Shown: positions 24,107 through 33,933 of the stretch, one piece after another
Layout of the letters: each line of letters starts with the position of its first letter
Position numbering within the stretch: position 1 is the stretch's first letter
Assembly: GCA_965243175.1 (NCBI GenBank)
Contig: OZ251532.1
Location: forward strand, 2,041,464-2,105,463
Reading direction: 5' to 3'
DNA from: Candidatus Azotimanducaceae bacterium
GTDB taxonomy: Bacteria > Pseudomonadota > Gammaproteobacteria > Pseudomonadales > Azotimanducaceae
DNA: 64,000 nucleotides
The notes under the pieces: model-generated
Told to the model about the DNA's origin: nothing
Databases searched by the model: none
The model's input: only the letters and a program-made list of their open reading frames with translations
Program-made: the position numbers and the translations under genes

Positions 24107-25966
24107 CTATGGCATTCGCTCAACCTTATCGATGGCCTCCGCGCCGACCAGTTCCCAGCCTCGGAACACCAGCGCGATCCCCGTGAATTGGACTGACGGG
24201 TGCTGCTGGGCCAGCCGCTCGTCGGCCAGATAGCCGCGCAGCTGGGCCTTGGCGGCTTCCAATGCGGATTGCGTCGCCGCATCGTCATCGTCGCCGCGCT
24301 TGAGGTACTTGAGTTCCACCACGTAGCCGTGGCGCAGCGTCGGGTAGCGAGCCACGAGCGGCGTGAGCACCATGTCCGCGTAGCCTTTTTCGAGTTCCTG
24401 CTCGGTGTGGAACACGAAGCAGCTGGCCGCGCCCAGATACGCCGCCAAGAAGCCTTGCAGCAGCCGCTCGCCCTGTATGTAGTCGCGCACGCTGGTTTGC
24501 TGGCGCAAGGCGTTGGCCAGGTAGTCCACCGCCGGGCGCCAAGCGCCGTCCCGGGCCATCGCCCACGTCAGCGCCTCGAACTGGAGGTGGTCCACGGAGA
24601 ACACGCCAACGTCGCGGTAGGCGTCGCGCAGGTAGCCGTACATCAGCCGCCGCACGGTCTGGTTCGGAACGCGCAGGCGCTGCCGGCCGTCCGCCACGCC
24701 TTGGATGGAGAGCAGCCCGAAGCAGTGCAGCAGCGTGACGAAGTTCTCGCGCTGGCCAAGTTGCTCCACCGGGAAACTGGGGTTCAAGTCCGAGTCCACC
24801 TGGCCCTCGGCGATCACTTGGCGCAGCACGTCGAAGTTGCCGTTGAGCGCCAGCGCCTGCGCGTCGTGCAGTTCCGCCTTGTTCGAGACCCGGCGCGGCA
24901 CCTCGGCTGCGGCCTCGCGCTCGGCCGTGAGCGTCAAGTCGCGGTTCACCACCACCAGATGCCGCAGCTTGCCGTAGTCCACGCGCACGTTGACGTCGAT
25001 GAGGTCGTGCGGGCCTTCTTCGTTGGGAATGCTGTGCGCCAGGTAGTACAGCACCATGTCGGTGTTGTAGACGTCTTCGGCGGCGTCCTTGGCGAAGCGG
25101 TAGCCGTTGTACCACTCGCGCATCACTTCCATGGCGGCGTCCGCTTCTTCGTCGAACACGCCCGCTTCCCTATACGAGTCCACCAAACCCCGCACTTCAC
25201 TCTCCGTGAAGCCCACCATGTCGTTGTACTTCTTGCGGAAGCTGATGTTCGTGCCGATGTTGAAGCCGCTGGTGACGTCGTCCAAGGTCACGGGCGAAAC
25301 GCCGGTGACGAACAGCCGTTCCAGATTGCCGGACTCCGTGCCCGCCTTCAGCGTGGCGAAGAAGTCGCGGAAGAAGCCGCTGCCGTGGGTTACCGAGTGG
25401 TAGGCGGCAACGCCCTCGCCGGCAAGGATCGTGTTGGCGAAGTTGTCGTACTCGTCGATCAAGAGGTAGAGCCGAACGCCCAGGTCCTCCGCCTGCAGGA
25501 ACAGCTCGTCCAAGCGGCCGTCCATTGCAGGCGGCGACAGGATGCGCTGCCTCGCCTCTTCGGGGAACAGGTCGGCGTTGGCCTCGAGCATCCTCCGCAG
25601 CCGCCGGTAGCAATGATCTTCGAAGCGTTCCTCCAAAGTGGAGAGGCGCTTGCTGAAGGCCGAGAAGTTGAGTCGCAGCACCGCGTACTGGCTGCGATTG
25701 GCGGTGGGTTCGCGGTCGATGTCCAAATCCGCGAACAGCGCCTGGACGCGATCCTTGCGGGTACGGTCGTAGTAGTGCTGCAGAATCGACACCCAGCACG
25801 ACTTGCCGAATCGCCGCGGGCGCAGGAAGAACACGTGGCGCTCTCCCTCCAGATCGTGCAGGAAGCGCGTCTTGTCCACGTACAGATAGCCCTCGCGGCG
25901 GATCATGCTGAAGTCCGCCATGCCGTAGGGGATGGGCCGATAGGGTTTGCCGACGGCGGTGGCCAT
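24107..25966 (-). CDS. AAA-ATPase-like domain protein with a C-terminal PD-(D/E)XK nuclease domain
   Basis: YGMADFSMIRREGYLYVDKTRFL...FFLRPRRFGKSCWVS at the N-terminus. C-terminus EKGYADMVLTP...HGYVVELKYLK. Confidence 0.8.
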   Translation of the reverse strand: MATAVGKPYRPIPYGMADFSMIRREGYLYVDKTRFLHDLEGERHVFFLRPRRFGKSCWVSILQHYYDRTRKDRVQALFADLDIDREPTANRSQYAVLRLNFSAFSKRLSTLEERFEDHCYRRLRRMLEANADLFPEEARQRILSPPAMDGRLDELFLQAEDLGVRLYLLIDEYDNFANTILAGEGVAAYHSVTHGSGFFRDFFATLKAGTESGNLERLFVTGVSPVTLDDVTSGFNIGTNISFRKKYNDMVGFTESEVRGLVDSYREAGVFDEEADAAMEVMREWYNGYRFAKDAAEDVYNTDMVLYYLAHSIPNEEGPHDLIDVNVRVDYGKLRHLVVVNRDLTLTAEREAAAEVPRRVSNKAELHDAQALALNGNFDVLRQVIAEGQVDSDLNPSFPVEQLGQRENFVTLLHCFGLLSIQGVADGRQRLRVPNQTVRRLMYGYLRDAYRDVGVFSVDHLQFEALTWAMARDGAWRPAVDYLANALRQQTSVRDYIQGERLLQGFLAAYLGAASCFVFHTEQELEKGYADMVLTPLVARYPTLRHGYVVELKYLKRGDDDDAATQSALEAAKAQLRGYLADERLAQQHPSVQFTGIALVFRGWELVGAEAIDKVERMP

Positions 25967-26077
25967 ATTTGCAGGCTTCGCGAAGCTGCGGAAGACGATT
26001 GGATTCTCACACCGAGGCGCCGTGCTGTCCAGCCGAGATGCGCCAACGGCAGGCGAAGCCGCTACCGAAGCGGCGGT

Positions 26078-27148
26078 TCAGGCGGTCTGCAAGTTGACGA
26101 TTTCGCCGCCCTCCTTGGCGTCGTCGGTCGCGGTGGCGCGGCGTGGGTCCAAGGCGTCGCGCACGCCTTCGCCGACGAAGATCAGCAGGGTCAGCAGCAT
26201 GGCGAGGGTGACGAAGACCGAGATGCCGAGCCAAGGGGCGTGCAGGTTGGCTTTGGCGGCGGAGAGCAGGCGGCCGAACGACGGCGCGTCCAAGGGCAGG
26301 CCGAAGCCTAGGAAGTCGAGGGCGGTCAAGGACGTGATGGAGCCGTTGAGGATGAAGGGCAGGTAGGTGAGGGTGGCCACCATCGCGTTCGGCAGCACGT
26401 GGCGGCGCAGTATCGTCCAGTCGGAAACGCCCAGCGCCTTGGCGGCGCGCACGAACTCGAAGTTGCGGGCGCGCAGGAACTCGGCGCGCACCACGCCCAC
26501 CAGCGCCATCCAGCTGAACAGCGCGAGGATCAGCAGCAGCCAGAACACGTTCGGTTCAACGATGCTGGCGAGGATGATGAGCACGAACAGGATCGGCAGG
26601 CCGGTCTGGATTTCCACCAGGCGCTGGCCGATGAGGTCCACCAGGCCGCCGAAGTAGCCCTGCGTCGCCCCGACCGTGATGCCGATGGCGGAACTGATGA
26701 GGGTGAGCGCCAAGCCGAACAGCACGGAAAGGCGGAACGAATAGAGCAGCCTGGCGAACAGGTCGGAACCGCCGGAGTCCGTGCCGAGAAAATGGTTCTC
26801 ATCCGGCGACGAGGGGGTGATGGCGTAGTCGTAGTCGATGGTGTCGTGGGAGAAGCGCAGCGGTGGCCAGAGCGCCCAGCCGTTCGCTTCGATCAACGCC
26901 TGCACGAACGGGTCGCGGTACTCCGCCTCGGTTTCCAGAACGCCGCCGAGTTCCGCTTCCGAATAGGCGAAGAGAATCGGGAAGTGCAGGTCGTCCTTGT
27001 AGGAGAACATGATCGGCTTGTCGTTGGCGATCAGTTCCGCGCCGAGCGAGAGGACGAACAGTGCGCAGAAAATCCAGAACGAGTAGTAGCCGCGCCGGTT
27101 CGCCTTGAACAGCTCCCAGCGGCGCTGGTTGATGGGGCTCAGGCGCAT
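26078..27148 (-). CDS. yejE: ABC peptide-importer permease, YejE-like
   Basis: MRLSPINQRRWELFKANRRGYYSFWIF...NDKPI; the permease core is EFVRAAKALGVSDWTILRRHVLPNA. Confidence 0.85.
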   Translation of the reverse strand: MRLSPINQRRWELFKANRRGYYSFWIFCALFVLSLGAELIANDKPIMFSYKDDLHFPILFAYSEAELGGVLETEAEYRDPFVQALIEANGWALWPPLRFSHDTIDYDYAITPSSPDENHFLGTDSGGSDLFARLLYSFRLSVLFGLALTLISSAIGITVGATQGYFGGLVDLIGQRLVEIQTGLPILFVLIILASIVEPNVFWLLLILALFSWMALVGVVRAEFLRARNFEFVRAAKALGVSDWTILRRHVLPNAMVATLTYLPFILNGSITSLTALDFLGFGLPLDAPSFGRLLSAAKANLHAPWLGISVFVTLAMLLTLLIFVGEGVRDALDPRRATATDDAKEGGEIVNLQTA

Positions 27149-27191
27149 CAGTCCATCGCCCGAAATGCCGAAACGCCCACGCTGCCCGCGG

Positions 27192-28265
27192 TCACGAGCG
27201 CTTCTCGAAGTCGATGCGCGGGTCGACGAAGGTGTACACCATGTCGCCGATCAGCTGCATCACGAGGCCGATCAGCGTGAAGCAGAACAGCGTACCGAAG
27301 AACACCGGATAGTCGCGCTTCACCACCGCTTCGTAGCCGAGCCGCCCGATGCCATCCAAGGAGAAGATCACCTCGATGAGCAGCGCCGCGGTGAACAGCA
27401 AGCCGACGAACGCCGCCGGAAAGCCAGCGATCACGATCAGCATCGCGTTGCGGAACACGTGGCCGAACAGAACGCGCCTCTCGGTGAGTCCCTTGGCGCG
27501 GGCGGTGAGCACGAACTGCTTGTTGATCTCTTCGAGAAAGCTATTCTTCGTCAGCATCGTCAGCGTGGCGAAGCCGCCGATGGTCATGGCCGTGAGCGGC
27601 AGCGCCAAGTGCCAAAGGTAGTCGCCGATCTTGCCGAACAGCGAGAGGTCGTCGAAGTTCTCCGAAAACAGGCCACGCATCGGAAACCAGTCGAAATACG
27701 ATCCGCCGGCGAAGAAGACGATCAGCAGCACCGCGAACAGAAAGCCGGGAATCGCGTAGGCGGTGAACACGAGGGCGGACGTCCACACGTCGAAGCGTTC
27801 GCCGTCGCGCACCGCCTTGGCGACGCCGAGCGGAATGGAAATGCTGTAGATGAGGAACAAGGACCACAGCCCCAGCGAAACGGAAACCGGCAGCGCGTCG
27901 AGCACGAGTTCCATCACCGCCCGGTCCTGGAAGTAGCTGTCGCCGAAGTCCAGCCGAAGGTAGTTCCAGATCATCAATGCGAAGCGTTCGTGCGCTGGCC
28001 TGTCGAATCCGAATTCCTTTTCCAAGCGGGCGACGAACTCCGGATCCAATCCCTCGCTGCCGGTGTAGCCGGTCTGCGTGGTCGGCCCCATCGTCGCCGC
28101 GGAGGAAATCGACGCGGTGGTGGAAACGCCCAAGCCCGACGCCTGGATGATCGCCTGTTCCACCGGCCCGCCCGGCGCGAACTGCACGATGACGAAGTTG
28201 ATGACCATGATGCCGAACAACGTCGGCACGATCAGGAACAAGCGGCGAAGAAGGTAGCGTCCCAT
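27192..28265 (-). CDS. yejB: ABC peptide-importer permease, YejB-like
   Basis: [37 protein letters not shown]...[25 protein letters not shown]...VDPRIDFE is collinear with E. coli YejB. Confidence 0.88.
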   Translation of the reverse strand: MGRYLLRRLFLIVPTLFGIMVINFVIVQFAPGGPVEQAIIQASGLGVSTTASISSAATMGPTTQTGYTGSEGLDPEFVARLEKEFGFDRPAHERFALMIWNYLRLDFGDSYFQDRAVMELVLDALPVSVSLGLWSLFLIYSISIPLGVAKAVRDGERFDVWTSALVFTAYAIPGFLFAVLLIVFFAGGSYFDWFPMRGLFSENFDDLSLFGKIGDYLWHLALPLTAMTIGGFATLTMLTKNSFLEEINKQFVLTARAKGLTERRVLFGHVFRNAMLIVIAGFPAAFVGLLFTAALLIEVIFSLDGIGRLGYEAVVKRDYPVFFGTLFCFTLIGLVMQLIGDMVYTFVDPRIDFEKRS

Positions 28266-28268
28266 GTT

Positions 28269-30161
28269 TCAGCTGTCGTGGCTGTCGCGCCCGCGGTAGG
28301 CGGCGACTCGGCGGGCGCGCTCTTCGTCGTACCACCACGTGTCCCAGTACACTTCGCGCTTCAGCGGCTCGCCGTTGGGAAGTTCCGGCCGCCCGAACCG
28401 ATCCCAGAACACCGCGCCGATGCGCGTCTTGGTCATGCCGGGAACGTAGTAGAAGTTCCACAGCAACACGCGATCCAAGGCGCGGATGGCAGCGGTGTAG
28501 TCTTCGTAGGTGGTCGCCGCGGCCATGGCGGCGATCAGATGATCCACCGCCGGGTCGCGCATGTTCGGCCAATTCAGGCTGTACGCCTGGTCCGCCATGA
28601 CGCTGTGGAAGCTCTGGAAGATCAGCAGCGTCGGCGTATAGCTCGGGCGAAACCAATTCGCCCCGGCATCGAAATCGCCGGAACGCGAGCGGTACAGCCA
28701 GTTGGAAATTTCCGGCGACTTGATGGACGACGTGATGCCCAAGCGTTCGAGATTTCGCGTGAAGGGAATGAACGAACCGCCGAGCGCCGGGGAAACCGCG
28801 ATGAAGCGGATGTGGAACGGTTCGCCGGTTTCTTCGCGGACGAGGCGGTAGTCGCGCACGACCCAGCCGGCTTCCCGCAGCAGTTCGGCGGCGCGCACGA
28901 GATTCTCCCGATGCCAGCCGCCACCGCCGTTGGGCGGCGGGCGGTAGGGTTCGGAGAAGACGCGTGGCGGAACGTGGTCGCGCACCGGTTCCAGCAGCGC
29001 CAGTTCCCGTTCGCTGGGCAGGCCGCTGGCGGCAAGCTCGGAACCGTGGAAGTAGCTCGTCGCCAAGCCGAAGAAGTCGTAGCCCTTGCGGTTCAACCAC
29101 ACGAAATCGGACACCAGCCACAACGCTTCGCGCACGCGGATGTCCTGAAAGCGCGGCTGGTCGAGGTTCCAGAAGACCGGCCACCACAGCCCCCACGGCT
29201 GCTTCACCGGCAGCCATTCGTGTTTGAAGACGCCCGCTTCGTAGGCCGGCATCACGGTGTAGTCGCGCTCCCAGTATTGCGGCACGTTCTCGATGTGGAA
29301 GTCGATCACGTCGCCCTTCACCGCCTCGGTCTTCACGCGGTCGTCGGCGAAGTAGTCGAACTTCAGGATGTCGAAGTTGAACCTGCCTTTCATCACCGGC
29401 AGGTCCTGGCCCCAGTAGTCCCGCACCCGTTCCCAGCGGATCCAGCGGCCCACTTGGAAGTCCTTCACCCGGTACGGGCCGGAACCGAGCGGCGGCTGCA
29501 CGGTCGTCTTGGTGATGTCGCGGTCTTCCCAGTAGTGCTTGGGGATGATCGGCACCTGGCCGATGCGGATGGGGAGCAGGGCGTCGTTGCGGGAATCTTC
29601 GGCGATGCGAAAGAGGATCTCGTTCTCGCTCAACACTTCGATGGCCTCGATGGGCTGCAACGGCGTACTGACTGTGGCGGTGGCTTCGTCGCGGTAGACG
29701 CGGTAGGTATAGGCCACGTCGTCGATGGTGAGCGGCTGCCCGTCGTGCCAGCGGGCGCCGTCGCGGATCTTGAAGGCGATCCAGGCGCCATCTTCGGCCA
29801 CCGCCACGCCTTCCGCCAACCGCCCATACCACGCGGCGGGTTCGTCGGCCGCCTCAGTGAGCAGCGAGTCGTGCAGATAGTTGGCGTGCGGCGCCGCCAT
29901 GCTCAGCCCGGCCACCACTTGCGCGGCGCGCAGCGCGGCGGGATTGAACGAATCCCAGCTGCCGGTGCCGTGGCGACGCATCGCGCCGCCCTTCGGCGCA
30001 TCTGGATTCACATAGTCGAAGTGCGGAAAGTCTGGCGGATAGCGGGGCTCAGCCAAGAAGGCGTAGCCGTGCTTGTACGCTATCGCCCCGGCATCTGGTT
30101 GGGTCTCGGCATGGCTGGCGACGACCGCAAGGGCCGCCGCCAAGCCAAGCGCCAAGCGCAT
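28269..30161 (-). CDS. Extracellular solute-binding protein (family 5, YejA-like)
   Basis: 630 aa with a signal peptide MRLALGLAAALAVVASHA; sits in operon position before yejB/yejE. Confidence 0.82.
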   Translation of the reverse strand: MRLALGLAAALAVVASHAETQPDAGAIAYKHGYAFLAEPRYPPDFPHFDYVNPDAPKGGAMRRHGTGSWDSFNPAALRAAQVVAGLSMAAPHANYLHDSLLTEAADEPAAWYGRLAEGVAVAEDGAWIAFKIRDGARWHDGQPLTIDDVAYTYRVYRDEATATVSTPLQPIEAIEVLSENEILFRIAEDSRNDALLPIRIGQVPIIPKHYWEDRDITKTTVQPPLGSGPYRVKDFQVGRWIRWERVRDYWGQDLPVMKGRFNFDILKFDYFADDRVKTEAVKGDVIDFHIENVPQYWERDYTVMPAYEAGVFKHEWLPVKQPWGLWWPVFWNLDQPRFQDIRVREALWLVSDFVWLNRKGYDFFGLATSYFHGSELAASGLPSERELALLEPVRDHVPPRVFSEPYRPPPNGGGGWHRENLVRAAELLREAGWVVRDYRLVREETGEPFHIRFIAVSPALGGSFIPFTRNLERLGITSSIKSPEISNWLYRSRSGDFDAGANWFRPSYTPTLLIFQSFHSVMADQAYSLNWPNMRDPAVDHLIAAMAAATTYEDYTAAIRALDRVLLWNFYYVPGMTKTRIGAVFWDRFGRPELPNGEPLKREVYWDTWWYDEERARRVAAYRGRDSHDS

Positions 30162-30183
30162 TGCAGCGCCGGATTGTTGGGGC

Positions 30184-32751
30184 CTAGTCGAAGTCCCAGA
30201 TGGCCCGCAGGTAGTAGAAGGCGCCGCCGAAGCCGTAGGGCGAGTTCTCCGGATAGAGCATGCCCACGCCGTCCTGCGAAGGCTGCGACGTCTCCTCCGG
30301 GTACTCGTCGAGCAGGTTCTGCCCGCCGACCACGAAGGTCAAGCCGTTGTCCATCTCGTAGGCGGCTTCGCCGTCCAGGAACCAGCGGGCGTCGTAGGTG
30401 CTGCCCCACGGCTGCACGTTCGCCGGCGCGCCGTAGAACTCGCCGTAGCGACGATACCTGCCCATGAAGCGCCAAGGCCCTTGCGTGTGGTTCACGGTCA
30501 ACGACACGCGGTTGTTCGGCAGCGTGTTCTTCAGCTGTTCGACCCGCAGATCGTCGATGATGTCCGGGTTGCGCTTGTCCACCACCGTGTCGTTGCGATT
30601 GGCGACGAACACCAGGTCCGTGTCGCCAGCCATCAGCTCCAAGGGCATCGTCACCACCAGATCGACGCCCTTCGTGGTGGTGTCGAAGTCGTTGGTGAAG
30701 AACAGGACGCCGGCGAAACTGCTGGCGTCTGCCACGCCCAATGCCATCAGCGCCTCGATGTCCGCATCGGTCAGCGCCAGGAAGGACGTGCGCGCGATGC
30801 GTCCTTCGACGACGATCTGGTAGTAGTCGAGCGTAACGCTTGCCGGCCCGACATCGAACACGGCGCCAAGCGTGCTGTTCACGGACTCTTCCGGTTCCAG
30901 CGGGGCCGCGCCCTTCTGCATCGAGATCGGATGCGTCGGCGGCAGCGTTGCTTCGTCCGCCAACATGCCGTTGTTGAACGCAGTCGTCACGTTGCGCACG
31001 TTGGACTGGCCCACCGTGGGTGCGCGGAAGCCGGTGCTGACGGCGCCGCGCAACGCGAAGTTTTCCGCAACCTGCAAGCGCGCCGTGAGCTTGCCGTCCA
31101 ACGTGGTGCCGAAGTCCTCGTAGTCCTCGTAGCGCAACGCGCCGCCGACGAGCAGGTTGTCGGCGAGGTCGGTTTCCACGTCCACATAGGCCGCGTAGCT
31201 GCCACGGGTGGTCTCGCCAGCGTGGCGTGGCGCAAGCCCTGGGAAGCCGTTGGAGCCGATGCCGAAGCCTTGGTCGGCGAAGCCCCCCGGGCGCTCGTCG
31301 ATGAACCAAGAGTTCCTGTCGCCGGCTTCGCGCTCGAAGGTTTCGTCGCGCCACTCGAAGCCGAGCGCCAGATGCACCGGCGCATCGTTGCGTCCGAGCC
31401 CGTCGAGCGCCTTGGAGAGATTCACGTCGAAGGTGCGATCCGTCTCGGTGTAGGTGCCGGGGAAGTAGGTGGTGGGGATGCCCACGCCTTGGCCGGCCAG
31501 CTGCGGATTGATCGTGTTGTGCATGAAGTGCTCGACCGTGTTGGTGCCCCACACGCCGCTCACGTCGTAGAACCAGTCGTTCGCCATCTGGCCGCGTAGC
31601 CCCACGGCGAAGCTCAAGTCCTCCACGTCGCCGCCGAACTGCGGGGTGAAGCCGCCGGGGAAGCGTTCGATGAAGGAGAAGCAGTTGGGATCCGCTGCGA
31701 CAGCGGCAATGGCGGACGCATCGGCAACGTCGTTCATGACCGGAATGACTGGGCAGTCGCCTTCGCCGCTCAGGTTGGCCACCTTCACGGTCGGCACGCC
31801 ATCGACCACCGGGCCTCTGAAGACGCCGCCACGGGTGTGCGGGTTGCGGAAGAAGAAGCCGCCCTCGACGGTGCGCTGCGCCCAGTTGCCGTAGGCGTAG
31901 AGTTCGCTGTTCTCGCCGACCTCGAAGCCGAGATTGGCGAACAGCTTGAGGTCGTCGCGGATTTCGGGAGCGCCCCAGATCTGCGCTGCCGGCTGGCGCA
32001 CGCGCGAGTTGCCAGCGGCGATCAGACCAGCGGCGTCCGCGCGTTGAACGCTGCGGCTGGTGGGGTCGGCCTGCTTGTACTCCATGCTCAGGTTGATGAA
32101 GCCGCTGTCCATCAACGGCAGGCCGAGATTCGCGGCCAGCGTGGTGGCTTCGCCGTCGCCTTCCGCGCTGCGGCCCCACTTCGCCTCCACGGAGCCGCCG
32201 CTGGAATCCTCGCGCAGCACCAGATTCAGAACACCGGCGATGGCGTCCGAACCGTATTGGGCGGATGCGCCGTCGCGCAGCACTTCCACGCGGTCGAGCG
32301 CCACGGCGGGGATGGCCGACAAGTCCGGCCCATGGGCGCCGTCGCTGATGCCGCCGCCGAGGAAGCTGATGACGGCGCCGCGATGACGGCGCTTGCCGTT
32401 CACGAGCACCAGGGTGGCGTCCGAAGGCAGGCCGCGCAGGCTGGCTGGCCGAATGACCGTGCCAGCGTCGCTGATCGGCTGCTGGTCGACGTTGTACGAG
32501 GGCACCAGCGCCGCCAGCAGGGAGTCCATGTCGGTGTCCCCCTGGTTGCGGAAGTCCTCGCCGCCGATCACGTCCACCGGCACCGGCGAATCCGCCGCCG
32601 AGCGGTCCCGCCGCCGCGAACCGACGACCACGAGTTCTTCGACCAGCTGTTCTTCGTCCTGCGCCAAAGCGGGCGTCGCCAGCGGCAGGGCGACGCCGAA
32701 AAGCGCACCGGCGGCAAGGCCCCGGCACACGGTGTTCAAGGTGAGTTTCAT
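30184..32751 (-). CDS. TonB-dependent receptor
   Basis: Signal peptide, plug region EELVVVGSRRRDRSAADSPVPVDVI, and a C-terminal beta-barrel ending in ...YYLRAIWDFD. The start is taken at MKLTLNTV with SD gagggg. Confidence 0.9.
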   Translation of the reverse strand: MKLTLNTVCRGLAAGALFGVALPLATPALAQDEEQLVEELVVVGSRRRDRSAADSPVPVDVIGGEDFRNQGDTDMDSLLAALVPSYNVDQQPISDAGTVIRPASLRGLPSDATLVLVNGKRRHRGAVISFLGGGISDGAHGPDLSAIPAVALDRVEVLRDGASAQYGSDAIAGVLNLVLREDSSGGSVEAKWGRSAEGDGEATTLAANLGLPLMDSGFINLSMEYKQADPTSRSVQRADAAGLIAAGNSRVRQPAAQIWGAPEIRDDLKLFANLGFEVGENSELYAYGNWAQRTVEGGFFFRNPHTRGGVFRGPVVDGVPTVKVANLSGEGDCPVIPVMNDVADASAIAAVAADPNCFSFIERFPGGFTPQFGGDVEDLSFAVGLRGQMANDWFYDVSGVWGTNTVEHFMHNTINPQLAGQGVGIPTTYFPGTYTETDRTFDVNLSKALDGLGRNDAPVHLALGFEWRDETFEREAGDRNSWFIDERPGGFADQGFGIGSNGFPGLAPRHAGETTRGSYAAYVDVETDLADNLLVGGALRYEDYEDFGTTLDGKLTARLQVAENFALRGAVSTGFRAPTVGQSNVRNVTTAFNNGMLADEATLPPTHPISMQKGAAPLEPEESVNSTLGAVFDVGPASVTLDYYQIVVEGRIARTSFLALTDADIEALMALGVADASSFAGVLFFTNDFDTTTKGVDLVVTMPLELMAGDTDLVFVANRNDTVVDKRNPDIIDDLRVEQLKNTLPNNRVSLTVNHTQGPWRFMGRYRRYGEFYGAPANVQPWGSTYDARWFLDGEAAYEMDNGLTFVVGGQNLLDEYPEETSQPSQDGVGMLYPENSPYGFGGAFYYLRAIWDFD

Positions 32752-33005
32752 ATTCCCCTCGGCGATGTTGGCAAACGACGTTCGCAGCACGACACGGGCG
32801 CTGCGTCTCTCCTCACAGGCGACAGCCCGCCGACGGGCGACAGACCCGCCAGCGTCGTCCGGCTGCGGGCGCGCACTCTACCAGATTCGCCCGCGGGATG
32901 AACGGCGTTTTCCTAAGCTGCCTCGCCCTCGCGCCGTGCTACGCTTCGCAGCCTCTCGTCGCCGGCCTCGGCGACCCCATCGTCGCAAGCGCGGAGCCGG
33001 AAACC

Positions 33006-33125
33006 ATGTGGCACCTCATTGAGGATTTCTTCGAGCAGGGGCTGATCGTCAAGCTCTTTCTGGGCGTCGGCTGGCTGGCGGTCGTCATCATGCTGGCGAG
33101 CTTCGTGACGCTGCTCTTGCCCTAG
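33006..33125 (+). CDS. Possible 39-aa single-TM peptide upstream of the TerB-like gene
   Basis: MWHLIEDFFEQGLIVKLFLGVGWLAVVIMLASFVTLLLP with a GGAG-like SD. Weak evidence. Confidence 0.3.
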   Translation: MWHLIEDFFEQGLIVKLFLGVGWLAVVIMLASFVTLLLP

Positions 33126-33137
33126 TAGGCCCGCGCC

Positions 33138-33533
33138 ATGTGGCTCTCGTCCCTCACGGAACAGCAGCGCGACGCCCTGCTGGGCCTGGCGCACAACGTC
33201 GTCGTTTCGGACGGCCTCCTCGACCCCAACGAGGAGGACATGATGGACCAGTTCAAGCGCGAGATGGCGGTGAAGCCGGACGTCGTCTCGGACTACCTGG
33301 AACTGGACGGCATCGGCGCCGTCTTCGACTCCCGCAAGTCGCGCATTGTCGCCATCCTGAACCTCCTGCACCTCTCCTACGCGGACGGCGCCTTCGAGAT
33401 CGAGGAGGAATGCCTGCTGAAGGAAGTGGCCCGCTCCTTCGGCTTCGACGACGACGACTTCCGCGGCATGGACAGCTGGGTGAAGCGCCTAGTGGCGCTG
33501 GAACAGGAGGCGCGACGGCTGATGGCGTCTTGA
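33138..33533 (+). CDS. TerB-like (tellurite-resistance TerB / DjlA-N fold) protein
   Basis: Two copies of the x-DG-x..x-EE pattern: LAHNVVVSDGLLDPNEEDMM and LLHLSYADGAFEIEEECLL. Confidence 0.6.
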   Translation: MWLSSLTEQQRDALLGLAHNVVVSDGLLDPNEEDMMDQFKREMAVKPDVVSDYLELDGIGAVFDSRKSRIVAILNLLHLSYADGAFEIEEECLLKEVARSFGFDDDDFRGMDSWVKRLVALEQEARRLMAS

Positions 33534-33617
33534 GAGTTCGCGGGTGGTTTGACACTCGCGGGAGCGAGCGCGCTACGGTGACATGGCCCAAACAAGGAAG
33601 CCCAAGGGAGGGAACCA

Positions 33618-33830
33618 GTGAGCCGGGAAGGGGCGATAATCCAAAAGATTCGCGCCGCCGTTAAAGCGGGACGGTTGAAGGAGCCGTTTTCGTCGAAAGA
33701 CGTGATCCAAGCGGGAATCCGGTATGCAGCCATTAGTTCGGGGACGTTCCTCCCAAAGCACCGAGTCGGCAATGGCAGCACCACGGAACACTTCGTTCAG
33801 GTCGCACGGGGTCTGTACAGATTGGCTTAA
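33618..33830 (+). CDS. Small hypothetical protein (70 aa)
   Basis: GTG start with SD gggaggg; ...GTFLPKHRVGNGSTTEHFVQVARGLYRL. Confidence 0.45.
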   Translation: MSREGAIIQKIRAAVKAGRLKEPFSSKDVIQAGIRYAAISSGTFLPKHRVGNGSTTEHFVQVARGLYRLA

Positions 33831-33856
33831 TGTTCTGAGGCTCCCTCGGCGACGGA

Positions 33857-33890
33857 CTCGTACATATGTGTACGAGGTTGATTTATTTCA
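33857..33890 (+). terminator. Hairpin (8-bp stem ctcgtaca/tgtacgag, loop tatg) followed by a T-rich stretch
   Basis: Read directly. It lies in an unusually A+T-rich spacer. Confidence 0.45.
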
Positions 33891-33933
33891 CAAAATTCTT
33901 GCCAGCTAGCGGAATGTCGTCTACGCTTGCGGC

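Noticed and set aside
32752-32900. A possible cobalamin or other riboswitch in the TonB-receptor leader
   Set aside because: There is no B12 box (gccactg-like) or other recognisable core. The region is simply GC-rich.
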